Origin: Adineta vaga
Lineage: Eukaryota > Animalia > Rotifera
Length of the DNA: 64,000 bases
Assembly: GCA_021613535.1 (NCBI GenBank)
Contig: CP075496.1
Location: 5,828,001-5,892,000 of the forward strand
Reading direction: 5' to 3'
Under the pieces are notes generated by a model, which did no database searches, was not told the DNA's origin, and saw nothing but the letters and a program-made list of their open reading frames with translations. The position numbers and the translations under genes are program-made. Position 1 is the stretch's first letter. Each line of letters begins with the position of its first letter. Positions 1-14,247 of this stretch are shown one piece after another.

Positions 1-21
1 ATTGAAAAAAGATATTCATAC

Positions 22-97
22 TTGTCAGTGTTTCTTGATCATCGGCTGCTTCCAGTGCATCAATATTAATATTGAGGCAATGGCAAAAGAAACGCAT
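22..97 (-). CDS. First coding exon of a gene running off the left edge (MRFFCHCLNINIDALEAADDQETLT...), product unknown
   Basis: Acceptor-like TTTTCTAG just before the ATG at 97, 25 open codons, then a GTATGA donor at 21. Too short to assign a family. Confidence 0.5.
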
Positions 98-1034
98 GAC
101 TAGAAAACAACCAAACTCACACACTCACACACACTCTCGCGTCTTTTGTTGAAAAAGAAATCTTAAATAAATCGAAAAAAAATAACAAAAAAAAAGATTC
201 AATCTAATAAAGGTAGCTACTACGTATGATAAATAATCTAAGCATTCAAACATCGGCATAAACAGGTCGAATGAAAATGCACGAGGGCGAGGGTAACTTA
301 TTTTTGTGTTCTTGTTCTCGATTGATGACTCATGCATACTCGTCGATATATTTACTTTTAAAACTAGGCAATTCTGATCAAAGATTTATTCATTTTGTTT
401 TTCTTTTGTAAAAGAATTTATTCGAAGTTTTCTTTAGAGAAAACAAATGTCGCTTTTACAAGAAGAAATGAAATATGATCGGTGGAATTCTTCTATCCAA
501 TCAAATTTTTTCTTTCTTTCTTTCTTTAACAGGCTTATTTTCTTCTAATATTTGAAAACAATCTAAATGAGAGAACAAATAAACATTTAATAACAGAGAA
601 TTTGTTTTCGTAAAAAAATATAACTTCACATAGAAAAGATTTCAAATTAATGAAAGAGACATATTTGGTTTCTTGACAATAGAACATCTATACAAGTATT
701 TTAACAGGCGTAACTAGAAAAGTCACGAAAATATGGATTCTCAATCAGAGTCTTTTTTTATTTTTTTTGAAAAAAATACATATTCTTGATATCTCTATAA
801 AATGTGCATCTGTTTCATATCCATCATGATTACGTTACATTTCGTAGCAATTTCTATGTCTTCTTTGTTTCTTATGTACCATCCAGTCATCGACATCCAG
901 TAGATTCTAAGTACACTTTCAATAAGACTACTTCGGGAATCATGCTAAGATCTTTTCTTCAAAGCATCATACTTAATCTATTCAAAATGAATCTTACTAA
1001 TTACGCTTTTATTTTTCTTATAGAAAACTACAAA

Positions 1035-1328
1035 ATGCCAATAAAAGTTTACATGACAAATATAGCTAGTAATCAATTAACAATTGGTAATCAACGAAAA
1101 TTAAAACATATACTTGATACGAATAAAATCGATTATAATGAAATTGATATTAGTGATGCTAAGAATAGTAATGAAAAAGAATTTCTTCAACGAACATTAG
1201 CTTCATTAAATCAAAAAATGAGTTTACCATACGTCTTCAATGAAGAACAATATTGTTGTGATTTCGAAGGAATATCATCCGCAGTGGAATCAAATTCACT
1301 CAAAGAAATCTTGAAATTAGATAACTGA
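1035..1328 (+). CDS. SH3BGR/SH3BGRL-like glutaredoxin (thioredoxin-fold) protein, 97 aa
   Basis: MPIKVYMTNIAS...QRKLKHILDTNKIDYNEIDIS...LPYVFNEEQYCCDFE...LKEILKL matches the SH3BGR family pattern. The ATG at 1035 follows a polypyrimidine-AG at 1023; the upstream part of ORF 804 looks non-coding. Confidence 0.85.
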   Translation: MPIKVYMTNIASNQLTIGNQRKLKHILDTNKIDYNEIDISDAKNSNEKEFLQRTLASLNQKMSLPYVFNEEQYCCDFEGISSAVESNSLKEILKLDN

Positions 1329-1483
1329 TGAATATGACAATCAAAAATGATCTCTTATACCTTTTTCTTCTCATACATAAAACTATGAACACCGGTTATT
1401 TTTTTCTTTTCGTACCTTTTTTTGTGATTGATTTGATTTGATTTGATGAAAATGAATATAATCGAGAATTGATTTTTCTAGAT

Positions 1484-4400
1484 ATGACAACATTGAAATT
1501 TGTACCCTACTCAAGTGCATTTGATACAGGTTTTTGGCATGAATTAACACGGCGAAAACTTGATATCTATCGACTTGATTCATCAGATCAAGCGATTTTC
1601 GGTTATTATTCAAACGGTAAACATTGAAAACGAGAGAAATTTTCAAGTTGTTCTTGTTTATTCTAATAGACGCCAATGATAATATGCCGGCATTATTCAA
1701 TGTTGATCATCAGTGTTTTGATGAGTAAGAAAGATTCGATTGTTTTAAGAGATTCGCCAAAAGAAATAAATCAATTTTTTTATTCGATATTGAGGGGTTA
1801 ATCAACATTAATTTTAGCTTATACTTGTTCGAGATCATTCATTTATGCGCATTAGAGAAATAATAATCATCAATTTTAATAATTCTTTAGAAATAATAAA
1901 ACTCTTAATCAACAACATCAGCAGCAATATACAGTCGATGGTACTTTAAAACTTGTTAATACAATTGAAGAATTTAAAACTTTTGATATTGATAAAGCCT
2001 TAAAAGCTGAAAGTACTATTGTAAGAAAATGTTAACGATATATTATTGATAATTAATTGAAAAATTCCTTTTCTTATAGCTTTGGAATGATTTTAGTCAA
2101 GGTCATGCATTGGAAAATCCACACAAACTTAATCGATTTTATCTTTTAATTTTTGCGGTAATGAGTAATTATGGAAATGTTTTATACTTGTAACACTATC
2201 TTTCTTATAGGATTTGAAAAAGTATATTTATCATTATTGGTTTGCATTTCCAACATTTCTTGTTCCAACTTCATTTAATCTAATAAATCCAGTACAATCC
2301 ATTGGAGAACATTTTTCACAAGATGAAGTAATACAGTTGATATACATAGAAACTCGTTTTCTTTCATTATACGATTTTCGTTTTTAGATTACAAAAATAG
2401 TGAAGGTTTTGGAATCAGATCGTTCACATGTTTGCTGTCTTTATCGTCAACAATCCATAATAGGTTTAAAAAAAGCTATACAACAATTAAATGACCAACC
2501 ACAATCTGCGGTATGTTCTTCAATGGAAAATTTCAATTTTATTCTCTTTTTTTGTTTTTGTTAATCTTATTTAGACAGAATATACTTTTGTTATAAGTGA
2601 TCCAAGTACAGATCCTACACATCCAGGGTGGCCAGTACGAAATTTATTGACATTACTTTATTATCATTTGTAAGTAATAAGAAGAGAAAGTTGTAGTAAT
2701 ATTGACAATTTGATTTCAATTTAGACAATCTGTCGAACAATTGAATGTAATTTGTTGGAGAGAAAGATTTCGCGATGGACAAAGATATGTCAATCATTCT
2801 CTATATTTGCAATTAAAACCAGAATCAATTCGTAATTTGACTGGTAAGACTAGCAAATAATAGAAGTTGTCGAATTATGATGATTTTACTTAATTATAGA
2901 TACAATTCCACAATCAACCGGTTGGGAAAAAAATGAACGACAACGTCTTGGGTCTCGTCAAGTCAATTTAAGTACATCTATGAATCCAATTCATTTAGCT
3001 GAAACAGCAGTTGGACTTAATCTTAAATTAATGAAATGGCGTTTAGCACCTGAAATTGATTTAGAATCATTAGAACAAACTCGTTGTCTACTCTTAGGTG
3101 CTGGAACACTCGGTTGTAATGTAGCTCGATGCCTCATGGTAAACTGATGATAATTTATTTTGAAGAAAAACAAAGACGAATATTAACTTTATTAAAAAAT
3201 TCTAGGGTTGGGGTGTTAAACATATAACATTTGTTGATAATAGTCGTATATCGTATTCAAATCCTGTTCGACAAACATTATTTACATTTCAAGATTCATG
3301 CGAAAATAAACCAAAAGCTCAAGCAGCTGCTGATGCATTAAAATCAATTTATCCTGGCATTGTAAGAATAATCTATTTAAAATTAATGACTTTTTTAAGA
3401 GAATTTTGGTTTTATTAAAGAAATCTATAGGATATGATTTAACTATTCCCATGCCTGGTCATTCTGTTGGTGGTAATTGAAGATTTGATTGTGTAAAAGA
3501 AAGTTTTTATTTAGTTGCTATTTTTTCATAGATTCAACAATGGATAAAGTCAAAGACGATGTAAAACTATTACATGATTTAATTCGTCAACATGACGTCA
3601 TATTCTTATTAACTGATTCAAGAGAATCACGTTGGTTACCAACAGTCATTGCTTCTGTAGAACAAAAAGTTTGTTGAATATAAATTTATTTCATAAAATT
3701 CTCATGAGATTTATTTAGATTGTTTTATGCTGTGCAGTTGGTTTTGATTCCTATGTTATTATTCGTCATGGTGTACCTAAGGAAGAATCGAAATCATCTT
3801 CTACAACATATAAAAATCTTTTATCCGGTAATAAACTTGGTTGTTATTTTTGTAATGATGTTGTCGCACCTGGTGATGTAAGTAGAACAAATGAATATCT
3901 TTTTTCTAAATGAAATAATTTGAATAAATAGAGTTCGATTGATCGTACACTCGATCAACAATGTACAGTAACTCGACCCGGTATTTCGATGATGGCTAGT
4001 GCATTATCTGTTGAATTACTTGTTTCAATCTTACAACATCCTCTTCGGTAAGAACTATTTGATTAAATAATCAATGCACAATACTTCTCATCATTACTTA
4101 TGTTGACAAATGAGAATTTCCATTTGTAAAATTCATCCGTTCTTTTTAAATATTCTTGATAAGAATATTAAAAAAAAAGAAACCTTCGAAAGATAAATGC
4201 ATCTATTGTTCTTATTTAAGGAAGTCAACTTTTATCTTCCTATTCAAATAGATTAGTATGCATGAAGGTTAGAATAATTTAGAAGACAAATAGCATTGTA
4301 TACTACTTACATAAATTAAAATACACATTATCAATTGAATATTAATCTTTACGGATGTATTATTGTTAATAATATGAATATTTTTTTATTTACTAGTGAT

Positions 4401-4835
4401 CAATGTCCAGCATTGATTCGTGCTGATTTGGAAGAATCTGTTCCCGAAGCACTTTCATGTCTTGGTATTGTTCCACATACAATACGCGGATTTCTTAGTC
4501 GATATTCAACAGTTTTGCCAACTGGTGAAGCATTTTCACAATGTGTGGCTTGTTCATCTATAGTAAATATCACGTTTTTATTCCATAGATTTTTCATGAA
4601 ATAAACACAAAAAATCGTCAATTTCAGGTTCGAAAAGCATATCAAGAGAATGGCTTTTCATTTCTATTAAAAGTCTTCAATGAATTGAATTATTTGGAAG
4701 ATTTAACAGGTCTTCTTGCTATGCAACTAGCTACTGATATCAATGAAGTAAGATTTACATAATATTCCAAACTTTTTTTTCGAAAGTTTTCTTCTCTTCT
4801 AGATCATTGAATTAAGTGATGATGAAGAAATCTAA
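1484..4835 (+). CDS. ATG7: Ubiquitin-like modifier-activating enzyme ATG7 (multi-exon)
   Basis: N-terminus [32 protein letters not shown]; also [51 protein letters not shown], catalytic-Cys motif [14 protein letters not shown] and VPHTIRGFL. Many ~55-nt GT-AG introns; stop TAA at 4833-4835. Confidence 0.97.
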
Positions 4836-6269
4836 TCTTTAATTATTTGTCAAGCATTTTCATTCTATTTCATATTTTTATTGTCATGATTTTATTCAAA
4901 GAAAAAAAAAGCCCAATACATAAATTCCATTCTTGATTATAAATCGTAACAAAACTTTCTTGTTCCCTTTCTTCAACACATTCTTGTGTGAAAATCTTTA
5001 CATGATAAAAACATTCAATTATCAGAAAAGAACATCAATTTTTATTCAAGCAGTATTAAAATATGTTGATAGAATTTCATGTACATGATAGAACCATTAG
5101 ATTAATTGTTAATTCACTGTAGGTTTTTTTCTCTGAGGATTACGACGAAATAAGATTCAAACTTCTAGTTAACATTAATGATAATTTCTGTTCTCTTCAA
5201 ACTGTCAAAAGAAAAGATCATAATGACCTATAATTCTCAGCAAGACATATTATCAATTGGTAACATAAACGCCATCATTGGAAAGTTCGATGAAATAAAT
5301 GCAACGATCTCCCCGGGACGATTTATTGTTTGAAAACATTTTATTGAAGAAATTTTTCTAGAAATGAATTTCTATAGATCATTAATTTACTGTAGGATTG
5401 ATGTTAAGTTGTATATTATGGTAAAACTCAATAAAAAGAAATAAGTGACAGGAAAAATAAAGAATAATGACAAGGTAATGCAAATGTTGGCCTTGTTTGG
5501 CTCTTGATGAATAAATGAATGTCATGATTTTTGAAGGAAAACGGAAATTACCTCTGTCTGTCTTTTCCTTCTTCTTGTTACTTAATTTATACTTATCACG
5601 AAACCATTTGAATGCTCTATTAAACGATTATATCCCAAATCATTTTTGAAATGTCAAAAGAAAAGAAATTTGATTTCTATCGTTCAACTATTTTCTTTAT
5701 CTTTTGAATTTGTTTCTTCTGCTTTTCAGACAATTTTGTCAAAGAGAAGAAATTCAATACTTTTTTTGCCCACGAAACATAATCACATTAATGAACGAAT
5801 GAACAAAACGAAAGATTATAAGAGATTAAACGAAAAAAAAAGGATAAAAAGACACGAAAAATTCGTTTTGTGCTTTTGTTTTGAATGAAAAATGAGAAAT
5901 TGAAAGAAAAGAAAAACGAAAAAGGGAAGAGAAGAAACAACATCAAGAATCAATCAACAGAGAAGAGAAAAGGCGAAAAAAAAATGGTTTGAATTAAAGA
6001 CACGTATAAAGAAATGACAAATCTATATAAAGACAAACGTTTTTTGTTTGCATACAAAACGATGTCAACTAGACTATATTAAAATAGATAAATAAACTGT
6101 ATTGAAAAAGAAAAGAAAAAAAAAACTATATTGTATTGTTCTGTTTTTGTTTCTTCTATATTATTCTTATTATAATTAGTGTTTTTGTATTTGCTCTAAT
6201 TGTAGGCAGTTGTTGTAACCTGAGAGAACGAGTAAATAAAATAAAAGAGAAGTTGATAACATTATTCTA

Positions 6270-8485
6270 TTAAAGTTTTGACGTTTCATGAAAATCTTCA
6301 CGACTATGTTTTCGTCGTTCAGTACTTAATTCGGATGCTGTTCGAGCTTTAATAGGTGCATTAGTATTTTCACCTTCTTCAAGATCAGTAGGTCCTAATT
6401 CTCGACGAACAAGATGATCGACAACACCAGCTCCAATACCATCACCCAGAATATTAACGGATGTACGAATTCGATCTCTAAAATCAAAGGCAAGAGAACA
6501 AGAAGAATGAGTATCTCGAAATCAAAGCGTCTTTTTTCTTTTTCTTTCACTTACAATGCCCAATCGATAGCAAAAATAATTGTTATTTCTTTTGCAGGAA
6601 TATTCACAGCTGACATAACTAAAAGCATTGTGACAAGACCTGCCGATGGAATTGAGGCAGCTCCAATTGAAGCTACTGTTGCTGTGAAACTATATATAGA
6701 TATAATTACAATCTAATATGATCTCGTTTTTCTTTCTTTTTTACCTGACAATAATTAATTGACCAATACCTAATTGTCTACCCATCAATTGGGCAAGAAA
6801 AACTGGTGCTACAGCTTCATATAAAGCCGTACCATCTAAATTTATACTATGTTATTAAAATCGACGAGATTGAATTTCCTTACCCATATTAACTGTTGCT
6901 CCGATAGGTAAAACGAATCGTGTTACGCGCCTGTCTAATTTTAATGTTTCTTCCAAACATCGAAATGTTACGGGTAATGATGCCGCACTAATAGATATTT
7001 TTAAAACAATTTAATCATGTTAGCGATAAGAAAATTGGTGTTCTATGTTTTTTGCCCTTATTCTCGAGTTGATTGACTTACCTCGAACCTGTACCGATAC
7101 CAGTTAACCAAGCTTGAAGCATACCTCGATAGAATGCAAACGGATTTTTACGTGTGACCGCATAGTAAATTAATGGTAATGTAATCAACGAATGTATAGC
7201 TAAACCGGTCAAGACAGTTAAAGCATACATTCCTAAACTTTGAGCTAATTTAATTAAATCTTCAATTTCTAAAATTTTTCCCGCAACCAAAAACATAATA
7301 CCAATAGGTGAGTACCTAAATCAATGTCACAATTCATTTTCTTTCTGTATAATATCTCATTAATTGTTCGTTACATACCACATGACAAGTTTAATTAATT
7401 TCATGACAATTTCATTTAAGATCAGAAAAAAATGTAACATAGGTTCTCCTCGTTTACCCATTGTTCCGATTGCAATACCAAAAGCACAACAAAATGTAAT
7501 TAAACCTAGAATAAAAGATGTATATAGGTTTATTTTCAAAAATATGTTAGTAATTAAATCAATAATTTTTACCCAAAAAGTTCGCGCCTGCAACGTAACG
7601 TGTTTCAAATTTTAATTTTGTGATATAGTCGCCTGTTGCAGCATTAGTAACATTATAATATGCTAAAGCATATATAGTTAAAATTTCAATGATAAAATCT
7701 ATTTTTTTTCTACAAACTTCTCGTTGTTTTAACTTGTTCAAGAGTTGCTTGAATGATATTTTCCGCAAACATATTACTAGAAATAATCATTATTTCAATG
7801 AATTACCGGACAAAATAATATTCCTACCGAAGTAAATCAAATATAGCATCGAGTGTTGTAACTTGATCAGCAACGGGTTCATTATTACTCAATAACTGCG
7901 ATCGAACTTCTTCTTTATTGTTTCTTTCACCCGGTCGAATAACTTGAACCAAGATAATTCCAAGTATAGCAGCAAGTACCGTTGTACAAAAGTAATATGT
8001 CAATGCATATAAACCTAATTTGCCACTGGATTTTGGATCAAGTACAGCTAGGCCTATAGATAATCAAATTCATACAATATCTGAATACATATGTTCGTTT
8101 GTGATTGATGACATACCAGTGATAAGACTCGATGTAATCAGTGGTAGAATAAGCATTTTGAGCATACGCATAAGAATGTCACCGGGAAACGAAAGGATCA
8201 TAATCGTTTCGGTAGACGGATTATAAGAACGAGCAGCAAAACCAAATATGAAACCCAAGAACACGCCGGCTATCGTTAATGTTAGAAGTAAATTATCCCG
8301 CAAAGCACCAATAAAACTTGAACAACACTAAAACAAAAATGTTTCAAAGAAATAATTAGAGAAAATCAATAAAAGAATGATTTAATTACTTTTCGTACTG
8401 GTGTTTGATTACCATCAGTTCTCATTCTCGGTGGATGAGTTTCATCATTCAGCATTGCAATGGTTTGATCATGTTTTTCATCCAT
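6270..8485 (-). CDS. Excitatory amino acid transporter (SLC1/EAAT, dicarboxylate:amino acid symporter family), multi-exon
   Basis: Motifs [63 protein letters not shown] and [15 protein letters not shown] at 8485 (MDEKHDQ); C-terminus ...ETSKL*. Confidence 0.95.
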
Positions 8486-8746
8486 AATTAAAGACTAATT
8501 AAACAAAAGTCGAAATTTTTTCTACAAAATGGAAGATATTTTACCTTCTATTCTCGTTCTTTTTCTCTTACACTCTTTTATATGTTAATCAGCTCAAAAG
8601 ACTATTGCCTTTGGCAATTTTTTTCCAAGGTGTACAGATCGTTTTTAAATGGTAATCTGTACGTTTATGTTCTATCGGATAGGTTTAGTGGCGGTTCGAC
8701 CTCGTGTTCTTTTTATTACATTCGTGTCCATTTTCAGCTACTTATC

Positions 8747-8747
<1 letters not shown>

Positions 8748-8780
<33 letters not shown>
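8748..8780. repeat. (TA)n microsatellite
   Basis: About 16 consecutive TA units upstream of the EAAT start codon. Confidence 0.95.
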
Positions 8781-8783
<3 letters not shown>

Positions 8784-11758
8784 ACTACTGTAAAAAAATA
8801 CAACAAAGAGTGTGAATGAGAAGAGAAGTAAGAGAATAGGAGCGGAGGCATGAAAAAAAGAGGAGAAAAAAAGAAGAGAAAAAGAATCACATTGACACAA
8901 CTAAATGGTGCCAACAGTCATACTGAGATTTCTTCTTTTACTATTCGATTTTCTTCTAATTCTCAGTATTTTCTCAACAATGATTGATAAAACATGTTTT
9001 TGAGAAACAATTTATTTCTAACAAAAAATGCAACCGAAATAATATGTTGTCTAAGATGATTATCAAATATGATACTGAATAAATGAATACAAAGAGAGAA
9101 AAATCCGAAAAAAGAAGAAGAAGAAGATAAAGAAAATCAATATTAAAAGCATCGAAAACATCATCATCATCACCATCATTCAATCAATTTGCAAGAAACT
9201 AACATACTTAATTGCTTCTCAAAGATCTATATCATAAGCACAATTGAAATCCTTGATGACATGTTCTTACAGAATTGACTATTATCGCTCGAATAGATAG
9301 AGAACAAAGATCTGCTTTTCTATATTCCCTCGACTTTATACATCATATAAGAACGAATAATTGTTAATTCTCAAACAGGAAATTCTACTTATCTCCTTCG
9401 TTAGTTTCTGTTCTTTCCTTTTTTCTTCTACGCTTTAAAAACGATAAGAAAGACAGAGCAAATCATGCACTTAACCAAGACCTTCGTCCTTATGGACAAA
9501 AAGTGGTTTAAAAAAAATAACATCAGACAGTAGAAGAGAGAAAGAAAAATCCCTCTCATATTAAAAGAATGACTGATTATAAATGATGTTTTTGTTGATA
9601 TGGGATTTAGTAACATTCTTCTTTGCCTTTCTTGGCCTTTACATTCCAGGCGATTTTGCGCTGATTAAGAAGAGTCCAATCATTTTTTTTACTAACCTCA
9701 CGTCATCATTGGATATTTACTTAGTATGCAATACGCATCAATAGTATCGTGAATTCAATACATCTGAAGTATTGCCTTGGCGTACAAAATTTCTTATTCA
9801 TTATTTCTATCGACTCGTTCTCGTAATCATCGATCAAGAGAGAAATATAGAAAGAGAAAATGCATGTAAACCAAATAACAAAAAAGAAAAAACTTGCGAT
9901 TTTTTAAGTAGAGATTAGTCGACTAATAGTCTATCAAATAAAATTAATGCAATGGATTAGAAATATCAAGCTAAATCATAAAGAAGTTCATTTTTTTAAA
10001 TTTTTTGTTCTCTTTTCTTGATTTGAAATAGTTTGTGAATATTCTTAATATGATGAAAATTATGAGTGAATCTATCATGTTTTTTTTGTTTATCTTTGCC
10101 GTAACTAAGTTAAGAATAGACACGTATAGATAAGACTTGACGAGTATAATGATTTAATTAACAACGATTTAGAAACGATGGAATTCGTGCGTCATCAAAC
10201 AATAAAATTTCCGACGTTCGATTTAACTAAATGAACTAGAAATATGTCTTTAGATCGAGATTTAACTACTAGTTTGATTAAGGAAAAGAAACACAATATA
10301 ATGCTATTCCGGAAGACTTATTGTTTGGACAAAATGTCGATGTTTACTGAATATTTAAAATATGTTTTGAGAAGATCAACAATAACCTTACCTTGTTTGT
10401 CAATCGTCGTTGTGCTTCTTCTTCTTCTTTTTTCTACTTCTCTTGAATACTGTTAAATAAAGACGAATCAGTCGTTTATGTCCTAAAAACACGTACAACA
10501 ATATTCATGAAATGGAAAAGAAGCTAACACGAAGACAGATGATTGCAACTACGGAAGATACATGATGTTTTCTTTACATCAAGTTTGACATGGTTTCTTA
10601 GAGATTATAATAATGTCAGTAACTCTCAGATGAAGGATTATTCTTGCAAGATCGAGGTGACGATATGATATTACTGATAGCACTTGTATATGTTAGAGAC
10701 AGTGGCATTATTATAATGTAAGAATTCTTGCTTTCTTTTGCTTCTCTTCTCATATTCTAATCCTAAATTATGAAAAGTAAATAAATACGAGCGACTGTCT
10801 ATCTTCGCATGTGTATAAAGCTGTCAAACAGTTGTATTTTCTCACCAAGTCACCGTAAAAACGAAAGAATAAAAAAGAAGAAATAAGATCGACAGACGGC
10901 AGATATGTAAAAAAAAAAAGAAAATGCTTCGAGAAATAATTATAATGGACCAGCTGCTCGTCTTGCTAACCGTACGGTTTCTTATAGGGCCTAGGCTATC
11001 AACGAACTGAATTTCTTTTCTTTTCTTTCACTATTACGGTTCCTATTTCTGCTTTTTCTTCTTTTTCTTCTCTTTCCATTAATATTCTTTAAAAAAAGGA
11101 TCGTTTATGAATATATAAACATAGAAAAAAAATCTCTATTCAATCTTTCAACAAATTTCCACTTGATGAATTTATCAAGAAACAGAAAAACATCTTTAGT
11201 TCTTATCGAAACTTAGAAACAGACATCGAAGTCATTACAATTGATCAATCGTATAAATAATAACCGATATCTTTTCTAATAAAGCAAAAAAATGGAACGA
11301 CTTCGTCTCAATAGCTTGTCATCTAACTGATAACGTTCGACGGGGCTTTCTCTTCTTCTAACAAATATATAAACGTCAGAAGCCCTTGACTGACTCTACA
11401 ACTTTTTTTTCATACTGATGAATTTCATAGACTATTAAGCAATTTTTTTCCCGTCACTTTAACGAAGGACGATGAAAGAAGCAAATCTTTGTTTGACGTT
11501 AGCTGCTATATGAATAGTAAGATAAGACTTCTTTAGTTGTTTAACGAGTTATTTTTCATTTGCACTATTCATTTCTTTCTTTCGGTAAGATGAGACGAGG
11601 TAGGAAATATAAGTTAAGAAATAATAACGACGATTAAATAAATAAAGACATCTGACAATGTTCTTTTCTTTTCTTTTCTATATTAACTAATGTCGTGTGG
11701 CATTTAGTGATGTACCATGTTGAAAACAGAAGAAAAAAAAAATAACAAATTAGATTTT

Positions 11759-13326
11759 TCATGGTTTCACACTATCGATATAGATCCATTCGAGGGCTCG
11801 AGCTGGACTTAATAATTTACAATAATGAAAACCAGCGACAGTTGAGACAGGATAATCCTTTGGTAAACGAAGTGTTGGCGAGCGTACAGTTACAACTGAT
11901 CTTCCCTGACTATCGGTACCAAGATCATATTTCTTTGAAAAGAAAAAAAAGTCATGACAGATAATTAATACTCCTCTTATTTTCAATATATATTAGATCT
12001 TACCAATGGTGTCCATATCCATAATGGACCAGCATTTAATGGACCAATATCATCGCCAATTAACATTTTTTTCCCTTTTTTCTCATATCTTTCTTTACTT
12101 CCATATCCAGCATTTTCTAAAGCCCAATCAAGTGCATGTTGATTAATCAAACCACATAAAGATTGATTATCTGTTTGATTAAAATCATGTTCTTTTCCAT
12201 CAGCAGCTTCAAGAAGCACTTGTCGGGAAATCATTTTTACACGCATTTCTTCTGCAGATGTATGTGTTTCACCCGTATCAAATTGATCAGTTAGATCATA
12301 GATATTCTGTGTTACCGTATGAACATTTAATATACAATTATTTAACGGTTTAATTGATGAACAATTATTATCCAAATGTGGAAAATGTTCAGGTATTTTA
12401 TAAACAATATGGAATTGATCTGAAATATTCAATTGAATCGTATCATTGAGTCCACTCATAATTTTTTGTGCATAAGTACTCCATGGACTACCTATTTGAC
12501 AATTGTCATTCGTTTGATTGTAACATGGCGGAAGAAAATGATAGAATCCTTCAAGATTTAATGCATCAAGATATGGTTGAGAAAAGTTTTTTGTCTGTTC
12601 TAAATGATATGCTAACATAGATGTTATTGTTTGATTATTTAAACGCATATTGATATAATCCGCAATTCGAATAGATAATTCTTGATGTGCTATTGTTTCA
12701 TTGATTTCTGATTCAATATCATTCTTAATAATATGACTCGATGGTTTACCTGATGCTGTATTCATATGATTCATTCCGGGAATAATTAATGTAAAATGAG
12801 GATAAATTGAAAAGAAATGAAATGATTCAATGATACGTGTAACACGTGCTAGACCATCGAGTTCGCCAGAAAGTATCAATGTTGATACGGGATATATTGT
12901 ACTTGTTGATTGATGTTTACGTTCAAGAAATGCGCCTGTTAAGATTTGTCCAAAGATTCTTTCCTGATATTTAATGGCTAAACTTTGCGATACGATACTA
13001 CCTAAACTATGACCGCCAAGAAAAATAGTTACATTTTTTGGCACACCAGAATGATATAATTTATCTAGAATTTCATCAATAACTTTTGGACGTAGTGCTT
13101 CGACCGGTATATTATCTGGAAAGGATGGAATAGCAATCCAAAGACTATAATTAGATGTGATTTGTACTTGTTTCAATAATGGAACATAACGTTCAGGTGG
13201 TAATTCAGCACCAGGAATAAATATGAATACAATTGGAATGGATTCTTCTTTAATCGGTTGAAGAATAATATCAGATGAGCAGATGATTAGATGAAATAAA
13301 TTGAAAATTAAAATTAGTTTTAGCAT
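11759..13326 (-). CDS. Secreted alpha/beta hydrolase-fold protein, 2 exons (13326-12004, 11932-11759)
   Basis: Signal peptide; FIPGA oxyanion region; nucleophile elbow GGHSLG; candidate Asp (GELDG) and His (GMNH); Cys-containing C-terminal extension ending HYCKLLSPARALEWIYIDS. A phase-0 GT-AG intron joins the two ORFs. Confidence 0.85.
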
Positions 13327-14104
13327 GATATAAACTTAGAGAAAACGTAAAACAATGAATCGCTATAGTATTCATTTTATATTGATCGACAAGTGCAGAT
13401 GAGAATCATTGACATATGTTAGGATTATATAATCAGGATAACAAAATTCGAAATAAATACGTATATGAAAAATATCGAATAAAATTTAATCTACTCCACT
13501 ACTACATATAGATAAGCAATATGTTCAGTTCAAAGTTCATTCTTTTGTTTGACAGACCATTGTTTTTGTTCGGAAAAATTTCTTCAAACAATTATCATCA
13601 TATTTTCGATTTATAAATACTAATATGGCTCAAAAATTTTCAATATATCAATTCATTGAATGTGATTAGAATCAAATTTATTTTGCATTTTGAGAAAAGA
13701 AATGACAACTAATTCATATCATTAAGAATGAAACATTTGGTGAACAACGCCCTTTTTTGAGTGACGAATAATAAGTGATAGATTTCACGCTTGTCCCTAG
13801 TAATTAATAGTAATGTATATTCACGCTTATTTTCTCGTCTATGAAACTGTTCTGTTTTAAATACTATCAGTTTTTCTTTTGTTATTAAAAAATGACCAAC
13901 TAATAGCGGCGTTTATTATCAAAAAGAATATTTAATCAAAAGAAAACATAAAAGGAAAAGTTTTATTTATTTATAAGAAAAAAAAAACTTTACAAAAAAA
14001 TAAGATCTATCAAAACATAGAATGAGTTATTGATAATTCTTAATTCATGAAAGCATAAAAAATGATAGATAAATTCCAATAAACGACAAATAGGAGCCAG
14101 AAAA

Positions 14105-14165
14105 AGGAAGAGTGTGTACCCGGTGACTGTATTAAAATCGAAGTGACCGTTTAAACAATCTTCCT
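14105..14165 (-). ncRNA. mir-36: pre-miRNA, miR-36 (miR-35/36) family; predicted 3p mature UCACCGGGUACACACUCUUCCU (14126-14105)
   Basis: 23-nt arms pair in register (18 of 23 positions) around a ~15-nt loop. The 3' arm starts UCACCGGGU, the seed of the miR-35/36 family. Confidence 0.9.
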
Positions 14166-14247
14166 ACAAACATAATCAAACTCTCCGGCTCGTTTATCTT
14201 CTTTTGAGAATAATTCTTCCATTATCGACAATTATTGATCGTATCAA

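Noticed and set aside
804-1034. N-terminal 77 aa of the 174-aa ORF
   Set aside because: GTG start and no family similarity; a splice acceptor precedes the real ATG at 1035.
1383-8226. Antisense ORFs over ATG7 and EAAT (e.g. 1383-1700, 2991-3173, 6414-6716)
   Set aside because: Shadow frames of real exons on the opposite strand.
8500-11750. Short ORFs in the long EAAT upstream region
   Set aside because: Low-complexity F/L/I/K-rich translations with no consistent exon chain; likely 5' UTR introns and regulatory DNA.
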